DNA from: an uncultured Clostridia bacterium
Lineage (GTDB): Bacteria > Bacillota > Clostridia > TANB77 > CAG-508
NCBI GenBank assembly: GCA_946529215.1
Contig: CAMMZC010000001.1
Location: 158,180 to 222,179 of the forward strand
Direction of reading: 5' to 3'
DNA length: 64,000 nt
The notes beneath the pieces were generated by a model. The model searched no databases and was not told where the DNA came from. It saw only the letters and a list, made by a program, of their open reading frames with translations. Numbering within the stretch: the stretch's first letter is position 1; each line of letters begins with the position of its first letter. The position numbers and the translations under genes are program-made. Positions 19,709 through 28,826 of the stretch are shown one piece after another.

Positions 19709-20170
19709 TTATTTGTCTTGTTCATTTGGCTGTTTTTCAACTAATCTTTTATATTGTTCAAGTACTTGTGCACATCTAGATTTTTCATTCTCGTCTAAAT
19801 CTTCATATATATCTTTTATTAGAACATCTGGATATCTTTCTAATTTTTTTCTTAACTTTTCTACTCTATTTTTTGTTTTTTCATTTAATGATTTTGAAAT
19901 ATATAAAAGTGATTTTTTATTTCCTTCATCTAAAGCTATAAAACCTAAATAATATAATAAAGTACTAGATGATTCTCCATCTATTAGTAAGCTTTTTAAT
20001 AATTTAGATTTTTCAACTATATCATCTGCCCCTTGAATGTGATTTTTTCCCTCTTCTATAAATATACTTTTTCCTTCAGGCGTTATTATTGATTTTGTTG
20101 TTTTAACTTGTTTTTCCGCTTTCTCTCTTTGATCAATATTTTTCATAAATATATATCTTTTTGAGCTCAT
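19709..20170 (-). CDS. hypothetical protein, paralogue of ORF 19031-19597
   Basis: 153 aa. AGGAG RBS 7 nt upstream of the ATG. Motifs as described for its paralogue. Confidence 0.6.
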   Translation of the reverse strand: MSSKRYIFMKNIDQREKAEKQVKTTKSIITPEGKSIFIEEGKNHIQGADDIVEKSKLLKSLLIDGESSSTLLYYLGFIALDEGNKKSLLYISKSLNEKTKNRVEKLRKKLERYPDVLIKDIYEDLDENEKSRCAQVLEQYKRLVEKQPNEQDK

Positions 20171-20193
20171 TTCATAACTCCTATTAAATATTA

Positions 20194-20214
20194 GGCGGAT
20201 TTAAAAACTCCGCC
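20194..20214 (-). terminator. GC-rich hairpin just after dnaK (partial terminator/processing site)
   Basis: GGCGGA-N9-TCCGCC. The T-run lies on the plus side, and on the minus-sense RNA it is followed only by UAAUAUUUAAU, so it is probably leaky. Confidence 0.4.
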
Positions 20215-20221
20215 TTTTTTA

Positions 20222-22123
<1,902 letters not shown>

Positions 22124-22179
22124 TTATATAATTTTTATTTGCTTTCTTTTGTGTTATATATGTTTAAAAAATTAATATC

Positions 22180-22707
22180 TTATTGATTAACTATAACCAT
22201 ACTGTGTCTAAGTATCTTAGATCCTAATTTATAGCCCTTTCTATATTCTTGTACAATTTCTTGTGATTGTTTTGTATCATCTTGCACACTTCCTACTGCT
22301 TCATGTACGCTTGGATCGAACATTTCTCCAATTGCTGGAATTTCTTCTACATTATTTTTGCTTAAAAATTCTTTGAATTGCTTTTCTACAAGCTCTACTC
22401 CTTGCTTATATGCTTCGTCCTTACATTCAGCATTTACAGCCATTTGAAGATTATCCAGTAATGGTAATATATTTACTATTATATCCCCAAGTACTGAATT
22501 GTATAAGCCTTCTCTTTCTTTTTGTGTTCTTTTTTTATAATTTTCAAATTCTGCAAATACTCTTTTATATCTGTCATCTAACTCATCTAGTTCTATTTGC
22601 TTTTTTTGAAGTTCAGATTTTTCTTCGTTTTGCTTTATTTCATTATTTTTTTCTTCGTTTGTTACTTCTTCTTTTATTTCTTCTGTTTTATTTTCACTTT
22701 CTGCCAT
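22180..22707 (-). CDS. grpE: nucleotide exchange factor GrpE
   Basis: RVFAEFENYKKRTQKE and C-terminal GYKLGSKILRHSMV motifs. ATG at 22707 lies 7 nt after GGAGG. Confidence 0.9.
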   Translation of the reverse strand: MAESENKTEEIKEEVTNEEKNNEIKQNEEKSELQKKQIELDELDDRYKRVFAEFENYKKRTQKEREGLYNSVLGDIIVNILPLLDNLQMAVNAECKDEAYKQGVELVEKQFKEFLSKNNVEEIPAIGEMFDPSVHEAVGSVQDDTKQSQEIVQEYRKGYKLGSKILRHSMVIVNQ

Positions 22708-22781
22708 TTTCAAACCTCCTTTGTTTTGCTTTGTACAATATACTTTTCGTACTATTTTTACTGCTTTAATCTAGAGTAATT

Positions 22782-22808
22782 TTAGCACTCTGAAAGTGCT
22801 TTTGCTAA
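22782..22808. promoter_or_regulatory. variant CIRCE operator 1 (downstream of the grpE promoter -10)
   Basis: 27 nt in 9-9-9 geometry. Minus-sense TTAGCAAAA-GCACTTTCA-GAGTGCTAA against consensus TTAGCACTC-N9-GAGTGCTAA. Confidence 0.6.
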
Positions 22809-22819
22809 TTACGTTATAT

Positions 22820-22848
22820 ATCATATAACTTTTTTTAGCACTTGTCAA
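22820..22848 (-). promoter_or_regulatory. sigma-A promoter for grpE-dnaK inside the hrcA-grpE spacer
   Basis: Minus strand TTGACA (22848-22843), 17 nt, TATGAT (22825-22820). The -35 lies in the spacer of CIRCE-like element 2. Confidence 0.55.
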
Positions 22849-22861
22849 GTGTTTTTGCTAA
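22835..22861. promoter_or_regulatory. variant CIRCE operator 2 (overlaps the -35)
   Basis: Minus-sense TTAGCAAAA-ACACTTGAC-AAGTGCTAA, 27 nt, beginning 6 nt after the hrcA stop. Confidence 0.55.
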
Positions 22862-22866
22862 AAATT

Positions 22867-23871
22867 TTATTTTTTCTCATTCAGCTTTTTACTAATATAT
22901 TTCATTATAGAAATAACTTTTGCGTAGTCCATTCTTTTTGGTCCAATAATTCCAATTGTTCCCATATCTTTGTTGTCAACTTTATGTTTAAAAGTAACTA
23001 CACTAAAATCTTTAAGTTCTTCTTTTTCATTTTCTTCTCCAATATATATGTTTATATCATCTGCAAAGCCAGAGTTTAGCATATCTGCCATAAGATCTTT
23101 TGTATCTATTATGCTCATAAAGTTTTTTGCAACATCTAAGCTATTAAATTCAGGTAAATCAAGTTCTCTTCTTGCTCCTTCTAAATATATTTTTTCCTCT
23201 TCAAAAAGAACTTTTTTAATTTGCTCAATTATAGGCTTAATAACCTTTACAGAACCTTTCATTTCTTTGTATAAATATTCTTCTAATGGACCATCTATTT
23301 TTTCTATTGGTTGATTTTGCAATTTGTTGTTAAACATATAATTCAAAGTCTCTACTTGTTTTTCTGAAATATCTTCATCAAATTTAATTATTGTTTCTTT
23401 TACCATTCCTGTATCTGTCATAATAATTGCTAAAACCATTCTCGTTCCAAGCAAAACAAATTTTATTTCTTTTATTATTTGCTCTGTAGTTTTAGGTCCA
23501 ATTGTAACAGCTGTATAATGTGTCATTTCTGAAATTGTTGTTGCTGTAATCTTTGTTAAGTCTTCTATTTCATGTACTTTTGTTTCTAGCTTTTCACTTA
23601 TATATTTAATCTCGTCTAGACTTATTCTATCATCTTGCATAAGCTCATCTACATAGAATCTGTAGCCTTTTGCTGAAGGCACTCTTCCGCTTGAAGTGTG
23701 AACTTTATCTAAATATCCACCTTTTTCAAGATCTGCCATCTCATTCCTAATTGTTGCACTACTACAATTTAAATCATATTTGTTCATTATCGAATTTGAA
23801 CTTACAGGCTCAGCAGAATTTATGTATTCTTCTACTATAGCTTGCAATACTTTTCTTTTTCTTTCTTCCAT
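22867..23871 (-). CDS. hrcA: heat-inducible transcription repressor HrcA
   Basis: MEERKRKVLQAIVEEYINSAEPVSSNSI winged-helix N-terminus. Gene order hrcA-grpE-dnaK. Confidence 0.9.
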   Translation of the reverse strand: MEERKRKVLQAIVEEYINSAEPVSSNSIMNKYDLNCSSATIRNEMADLEKGGYLDKVHTSSGRVPSAKGYRFYVDELMQDDRISLDEIKYISEKLETKVHEIEDLTKITATTISEMTHYTAVTIGPKTTEQIIKEIKFVLLGTRMVLAIIMTDTGMVKETIIKFDEDISEKQVETLNYMFNNKLQNQPIEKIDGPLEEYLYKEMKGSVKVIKPIIEQIKKVLFEEEKIYLEGARRELDLPEFNSLDVAKNFMSIIDTKDLMADMLNSGFADDINIYIGEENEKEELKDFSVVTFKHKVDNKDMGTIGIIGPKRMDYAKVISIMKYISKKLNEKK

Positions 23872-23986
23872 TTTTTAAAGCTCCTTTCTTGATTAGCGCT
23901 AATACACGCTTTTCTAAACTGTATATTTTTTTCGAGTATCTTCTTTAATTAGTAAATAGTTATACTTTTCACATAATTCTATATGT

Positions 23987-24658
23987 CTATTTAAACTTTT
24001 CTATTCTTTCTTTTTCGTTATTAGATAACTCCTTAAACCACTTTGTCAAACCTGATGAATCGTTCTTTCTAATAAACTCGAAATATTTTACTCTATCTTC
24101 TTTTGTTATAACAACAGGTGGAATATCATTTTTTATTAATTCATAATTCATTAAAAGTCTACCTGTTCTACCATTTCCATCTTCAAAAGGATGTATTTTT
24201 TCAAATTCTATGTGATATCTTGCAATTTTTGTAAAAATATCTTGTTCATCATTGTTGTAATTATACACAAAATAGTTCATCAAATTTGGAATTTTTTCAG
24301 GTGCAGGTGGAATATGTTCACTTCCTCTAATAAAAACCTGCACAGTCCTGTATCCTTGTGTCTCTTTAATATCTTTATTAATTGTTTCATTTATTTTCTT
24401 TATAAATCTTTCATCAAAAGGCTCATTATTTTTTATGTTATCAAATACTAATTCTAAAGCCTTTTTGTGATTTATAGCTTCATATATTTCTCTTGGTTCT
24501 TTTCCCTGTATCTTAAAACTATTGTCATTGTATAAAATTGCATAAGTTTCGGCATAAGTAAGAGTGCTTCCTTCAATTGCATTTGAATGATATGTGCTTC
24601 TTGTAATTAAATCTTCTAAATATTCTTTGTTTTCTAATATAAAATTTAATATGTTCAT
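23987..24658 (-). CDS. fic: Fic/Fido-domain protein with N-terminal inhibitory helix motif
   Basis: HPFEDGNGRTGRLL matches HxFx(D/E)GNGRxxR. SNAIEG near the N-terminus matches the (S/T)xxxE(G/N) auto-inhibition motif. Confidence 0.85.
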   Translation of the reverse strand: MNILNFILENKEYLEDLITRSTYHSNAIEGSTLTYAETYAILYNDNSFKIQGKEPREIYEAINHKKALELVFDNIKNNEPFDERFIKKINETINKDIKETQGYRTVQVFIRGSEHIPPAPEKIPNLMNYFVYNYNNDEQDIFTKIARYHIEFEKIHPFEDGNGRTGRLLMNYELIKNDIPPVVITKEDRVKYFEFIRKNDSSGLTKWFKELSNNEKERIEKFK

Positions 24659-24705
24659 TTAATCACATTCTCCTTCCAAATTTTTCTCATTTACTACTAG
24701 TACTT

Positions 24706-24748
24706 ATTTTACACTTTTATTTTAGCAAAGTCAAGAATAATTTGCTAA
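24706..24748 (-). promoter_or_regulatory. fic(-hrcA) promoter overlapped by a third TTAGCA-N15-TGCTAA palindrome
   Basis: Minus strand TTGACT (24734-24729), 17 nt, TAAAAT (24711-24706). The 27-nt palindrome TTAGCAAAG-TCAAGAATA-ATTTGCTAA occupies 24722-24748. Confidence 0.5.
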
Positions 24749-24847
24749 TTTTTAAAATATTTGCTAGAACGCCTTAAAGATAGTGTATAATACAGTGTGT
24801 AAATTTAAAAAAGCACACTGTATTTTTGTGTGCAGAAAGAAGGTAAA

Positions 24848-25618
24848 ATGGAATATTTAACATTGAATGAAATAACTAAAAGAAAATTGGATGAAACCTA
24901 TGTGGTTGTTTATGCAATAAAAAATGAATTAAATATAAAGAAAGCTGATATTATTGAAAAAAATGATATATACACTTTAATCGGTGTTGATATTAAAGGT
25001 ATTAGACATCTTCTAAATATTTATGCTGATAAAATTAATAACAGCCATTTCTGGCTTGATTGCTTTGAAGGTCTTAAAACAAGAGGTGTTAAGAATATTT
25101 TATTTTTGTCTGTTGATGATAATAAAAATATGAAAAGGACTGCAAAAATCGCATTTCCTAACATTACTTTTACTGATTCTTTAACATCCATTTATCCTAA
25201 ATTTTACAAATACATTTCAGAACGTTCTTCTAAAAATATTGCTGGTAAAATTAAGGAATTGTATATTCAGAAAACTCTTGATGAATATAAAAAAGTATTT
25301 AAATTGTTTTCAGAAAAATATAATAATGTTATTCATAAAAGTCTAATTGCTAAATATTTAAATAATGTCGAAAATACATATAAATATAGTCAAAATATCA
25401 GAAATCTTCTCTTTAAACACTCGGCAAATGTTCAATATTATGATAAAATAAGGTTGACTTTTGATGATACTAAATATATAAATAGTTTTGAGGATTTATT
25501 CAATCAATTAGATGATAACAAATATAAATATTTTGGATATACCTCTTTTCAAAAGAAAGAGTGGACTTTAATTTTGAATGACCTAATTCAAATATATCCA
25601 GATATAGAATTTATCTAA
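24848..25618 (+). CDS. truncated, catalytically degenerate IS256-transposase-like protein (passenger/accessory ORF)
   Basis: Colinear with residues ~175-400 of the neighbouring transposase (YTLIGVDIKGIRHLLNIY..HFWLDCFEGLKTRGVKNILFLSVDD versus YVIIGVDVNGYKDILGLW..CFWSNVFEDLKERGVEDILYMSSDG). The first Asp and the Glu of the DDE triad are replaced. ATG at 24848 follows AAGAAGG. Confidence 0.6.
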   Translation: MEYLTLNEITKRKLDETYVVVYAIKNELNIKKADIIEKNDIYTLIGVDIKGIRHLLNIYADKINNSHFWLDCFEGLKTRGVKNILFLSVDDNKNMKRTAKIAFPNITFTDSLTSIYPKFYKYISERSSKNIAGKIKELYIQKTLDEYKKVFKLFSEKYNNVIHKSLIAKYLNNVENTYKYSQNIRNLLFKHSANVQYYDKIRLTFDDTKYINSFEDLFNQLDDNKYKYFGYTSFQKKEWTLILNDLIQIYPDIEFI

Positions 25619-25639
25619 GAAATAAAGGAGAAAATAAAA

Positions 25640-26899
25640 ATGGCTAAGAAAAAAAAGGAAAATAAAAGTGTTAACGAATTAATAATTGATGAAGCTGTTA
25701 AGCAGTTTAAGGAAGGTAAAATTAAGAATAGTTTAGATGTTGAAAGTTATCTCGATAGTCTTCTACAACCTCTAATGCAAAAACTTTTAGATACCGAATT
25801 AGAAAATCATTTACAATATTCTAAATATACTCACCTTAAAGGCAAGAAAATTACAAATTCTCGTAACGGCTATTGCAAAACTAAAAATGTAAAAACTAAG
25901 TATGGTAATATAAAAATTAAGACTCCTAGAGATAGAAATGCAACTTTTAATCCAGTAATAATTGAAAAAGGACAAACTACTTTAACTGGATTTGAAGATA
26001 AATGCATAGCCCTTTACGCTAAAGGCATGAGTGTTAGAGATATTGAAAAAACTCTAAAAGAAATTTATGGTGTTAAAATTAATAAAGATCAAATTACAAC
26101 TTTAATTTCTGCTGTATCTAAAGAGACTGAAAAATGGAAAAGTAGAAAGCTAAAGTCAATGTATGTCTTTACTTATGCTGATTGCTTGTATATACCCATT
26201 AAAGATGACTTAACCACTTCAAAGAGAGCTGTGTATGTCATAATTGGTGTGGATGTTAATGGGTACAAAGATATTTTAGGATTGTGGATTGATGATACTG
26301 AATCTGCATGCTTTTGGAGTAATGTTTTTGAAGACTTAAAAGAACGTGGTGTTGAAGACATTTTGTATATGTCTAGTGATGGTATTGCAGGTTTTAAGGG
26401 GTCTTTAGAGCGTGTATTTCCACAAACACAAAGTCAGAGATGTGTTGTTCACTTAGTACGCAATATTTACAGTCTATGTCCTAAAAAAGATGCTAGTAAA
26501 ATTATCGCAGATTACAAAAAAATATATACTAGCTCAAGCTTAGAAGAAGCCAATTTGCATCTTAAAAATTTTGAAAGTAAATATAAAAAAGATCATAGTA
26601 GAATTGTAAAGAAAGCTCAAGACTTTATGCAATATTTAGAGCCTTTATTTGAGTTGCCTGATGAAATTAGAAAGTGTATATATACTTCAAACGCAGTAGA
26701 ATCAGTAAATTCTGCATTAAGAAAAGTTACTCGCGGAAAAGGTGCTTTTCCAAGTGAAAGCTCCGTTTACAAAGTTCTATACTTAAGAATAAAAGAATTA
26801 AAAGAAAAATGGAAAAAACCTATACCAAAATGGAAAATTATTCAGTCTCAAATTTCTATTCTATTTGGTGTAAGGTATATTAAGCATCTTGAAATATAG
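25640..26899 (+). CDS. IS256-family (Mutator-type) DDE transposase
   Basis: 419 aa. NGYCKTKNVKTKYGNIKIKTPRDRNATFNP, YADCLYIPIK, MSSDGIAGF and TSNAVESVNSALRK are typical IS256 blocks. Confidence 0.9.
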   Translation: MAKKKKENKSVNELIIDEAVKQFKEGKIKNSLDVESYLDSLLQPLMQKLLDTELENHLQYSKYTHLKGKKITNSRNGYCKTKNVKTKYGNIKIKTPRDRNATFNPVIIEKGQTTLTGFEDKCIALYAKGMSVRDIEKTLKEIYGVKINKDQITTLISAVSKETEKWKSRKLKSMYVFTYADCLYIPIKDDLTTSKRAVYVIIGVDVNGYKDILGLWIDDTESACFWSNVFEDLKERGVEDILYMSSDGIAGFKGSLERVFPQTQSQRCVVHLVRNIYSLCPKKDASKIIADYKKIYTSSSLEEANLHLKNFESKYKKDHSRIVKKAQDFMQYLEPLFELPDEIRKCIYTSNAVESVNSALRKVTRGKGAFPSESSVYKVLYLRIKELKEKWKKPIPKWKIIQSQISILFGVRYIKHLEI

Positions 26900-26967
26900 A
26901 TGTTGTAGCACATTGACAATTAAATAAGAAAAGTAGCATAGCATTATGTTTACTATACTACTTCGTA

Positions 26968-27053
26968 AAAATAAAATTAAAAAAATTTACACACTAATCT
27001 TGACAAGCTCAAAATAAAATTAAAAAAATTTACACACTAATCTTGACAAGCTC
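26968..27053. repeat. perfect 43-bp tandem duplication containing the IS right inverted repeat
   Basis: AAAATAAAATTAAAAAAATTTACACACTAATCTTGACAAGCTC occurs at 26968-27010 and 27011-27053. Confidence 0.9.
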
Positions 27054-27071
27054 TCTACATTTTTTAAATTT

Positions 27072-28547
27072 CTATTGTTTAAATTTCCAAGCATTCGTTC
27101 CATTTGGTTCTAATTGGATATCAGATGCTAAAGAAACTACGGAACGCACCCCAAGGCTGCTGGTGCCCTCACTACCATCTGAATCAGCTAAGCTACCGCT
27201 GCCCACATAACCATTAAGGACAACGCGCACATCGAAATTCGCATAGCGAGAGTTCGCATTCACACACCTAGAGGCAAGCCAGTAATATTTACTATCTGTA
27301 TTATTAAAAAGCATATCTCTTTCAGGTGAATTATTTGCTATTCCTGTTATTGCAGAAGTATTACTACTTTTGGTTAATGTTTCTGGATAATAATAATAGT
27401 CTGTACTTGTCAAACTTGTTATTTCTACAGGAGATGCTGTAGTTGCACTTGCTATATATGGTGATTTTTTCCAACTATTTGTATTAAAATCATACCAAGA
27501 AAATGCATTTTGAAAGTCTCCATAAGATGAATTTGTTACATTATGCGAACTTAAATTTCCTGTTTTTCCATTTGTTGATTCATATTTTGGTTTATCTGAG
27601 CCAACCCATGAATATGTTACTTGATTTCCGTATTCATATAATTGATTTTTTCCATATTTATTTCCACTTGCTATTTGTTCTGCTGTTGGATTTTTTATTC
27701 CTTCTGCATTTGGATTATATCTAGTTATTTTATTTATATCATCCACATTTACACTTCTTGCTCCTACTGCATGTGTTCCATGTCCATATAATCCTGCTAT
27801 TTTATTTAACTCTGTTTCTGCATTTTGGTACGCTGTTCTTCCTTTTAAATAGAAGTATAAACTATTATCACTTAATGGCACTAAATCAGCAGATATAAGT
27901 TCTACTTTACCGTTCTTTACACCAAGCACTCTCCATTTATTGTCTCCTGTATATTTTGTTAAATCAAATGTCTGGTCTCCATATCCATTATCTGCTACAT
28001 TTGATTTTATTGTTGTATTATTAGTATCTGTTGTATCTACTCCTGCTAATGCATTATAATTTACATAGTCACCTATCTGTAATTTTACCTTTCCATCAGG
28101 GCTTACTATTTTTCCTTCACTATCTTGTGTCCATTCGCCACTTGAATCTCCTCCTTCTGAGGAATCTCCTCCTGATACTGTTCCATCAAAATTGTAGTCT
28201 TTTCCTTTTATCGTAACTTTATTTTCATTAAAATGTAAAGTGTAATTTCCTGATCCAAATTCGCTATTTAGAGCTGTTGTTAACTCTTCTTCTGTGAGTT
28301 CTCCTTTTCCTGCTGCTAATGCACCTAAATATGCAATTTGTACTCTTTCTGCAATTGATTTTTCTCTAGTTATATCTCTTGCTTGTCCTGCTTTATTAAG
28401 AATCGAGTTATCTCCAGCTAGCATTGCTATTGATATCCCAGCAAGTATAAGTAATACTATAATTGTGATAACAAGTGCTATAAGAGTTATACCATTTGTG
28501 CCTTTCTTTTTAATTTTGTTTGTCTGTTTTTTGAATGTTTTTTTCAT
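27072..28547 (-). CDS. pilin-like (prepilin-type N-terminal hydrophobic helix) secreted/surface protein with a lectin-like C-terminal module
   Basis: N-terminus KKKGTNGITLIALVITIIVLLILAGISIAML resembles a class III (type IV pilin/pseudopilin) signal but has Ala rather than Glu at +5. The C-terminal YYWLASRCV...GVRSVVSL motif is coded by a GC-rich island. Confidence 0.55.
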   Translation of the reverse strand: MKKTFKKQTNKIKKKGTNGITLIALVITIIVLLILAGISIAMLAGDNSILNKAGQARDITREKSIAERVQIAYLGALAAGKGELTEEELTTALNSEFGSGNYTLHFNENKVTIKGKDYNFDGTVSGGDSSEGGDSSGEWTQDSEGKIVSPDGKVKLQIGDYVNYNALAGVDTTDTNNTTIKSNVADNGYGDQTFDLTKYTGDNKWRVLGVKNGKVELISADLVPLSDNSLYFYLKGRTAYQNAETELNKIAGLYGHGTHAVGARSVNVDDINKITRYNPNAEGIKNPTAEQIASGNKYGKNQLYEYGNQVTYSWVGSDKPKYESTNGKTGNLSSHNVTNSSYGDFQNAFSWYDFNTNSWKKSPYIASATTASPVEITSLTSTDYYYYPETLTKSSNTSAITGIANNSPERDMLFNNTDSKYYWLASRCVNANSRYANFDVRVVLNGYVGSGSLADSDGSEGTSSLGVRSVVSLASDIQLEPNGTNAWKFKQ

Positions 28548-28793
28548 CTTACGTTCTTCCTTTCTTTTTTTATATTTATTTTATACATACATTCTATACT
28601 ATTATTTTTTATTTTTCAATACTTTTTTTAAAAAATCCACCTAAAACTTTATTTGCAAAACTTTTAGATTTTAAAGAAGATACTTTAAATACTACTTTGT
28701 TAAGTGAGTTTAAGAATTTATCTAAAAAAGATAGAAATGTATTGAAAAATGTTATTGTTCATTTAGATAAGAATTATTAATATAGAAGATTTT

Positions 28794-28823
28794 AAAAAGC
28801 GCAAGAGAATTCTTGCACTTTTT
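28794..28823 (-). terminator. terminator of the MazF-like gene
   Basis: Stem AGCGCAAGA/TCTTGCACT. The single non-Watson-Crick pair is G-U only on the minus-sense RNA. The stem is followed on the minus strand by a U-run. Confidence 0.55.
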
Positions 28824-28826
28824 AAT

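Larger units (their letters stand above)
24777..27053 (+). mobile_element. IS256-family insertion sequence carrying two ORFs, with a duplicated right end
   Basis: Inverted-repeat core AGTGTGTAAATTT at 24794-24806, with its reverse complement at 26983-26995 and again at 27026-27038. A degenerate outer copy AAGATAGTGTATAA lies at 24777-24790. Contains a full Transposase_mut ORF. No target-site duplication was identified, so exact ends are uncertain. Confidence 0.55.

Noticed and set aside
23872-23986. Canonical CIRCE directly upstream of hrcA.
   Set aside because: Only a 10-bp palindrome TTAGCGCTAA (23893-23902) and a 25-nt TTAG...CTAA arrangement with the wrong spacing are present. The better 27-nt elements lie at the fic and grpE promoters instead.
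27072-28547. Calling a complete diversity-generating retroelement for the pilin-like gene.
   Set aside because: No reverse transcriptase ORF, accessory gene or template repeat is visible anywhere in the 64 kb. Only the compositional island is reported as a finding.
28535-28780. 81-aa plus-strand ORF next to the pilin-like gene.
   Set aside because: Its N-terminal half is Phe/Tyr/Ile junk overlapping the pilin-like gene's start codon and promoter region. Only the last ~45 aa (LFAKLLDFKEDTLN...KKDRNVLKNVIVHLDKNY) look like a real remnant, the C-terminus of an XRE-type regulator. It is probably a gene fragment and not a functional CDS.
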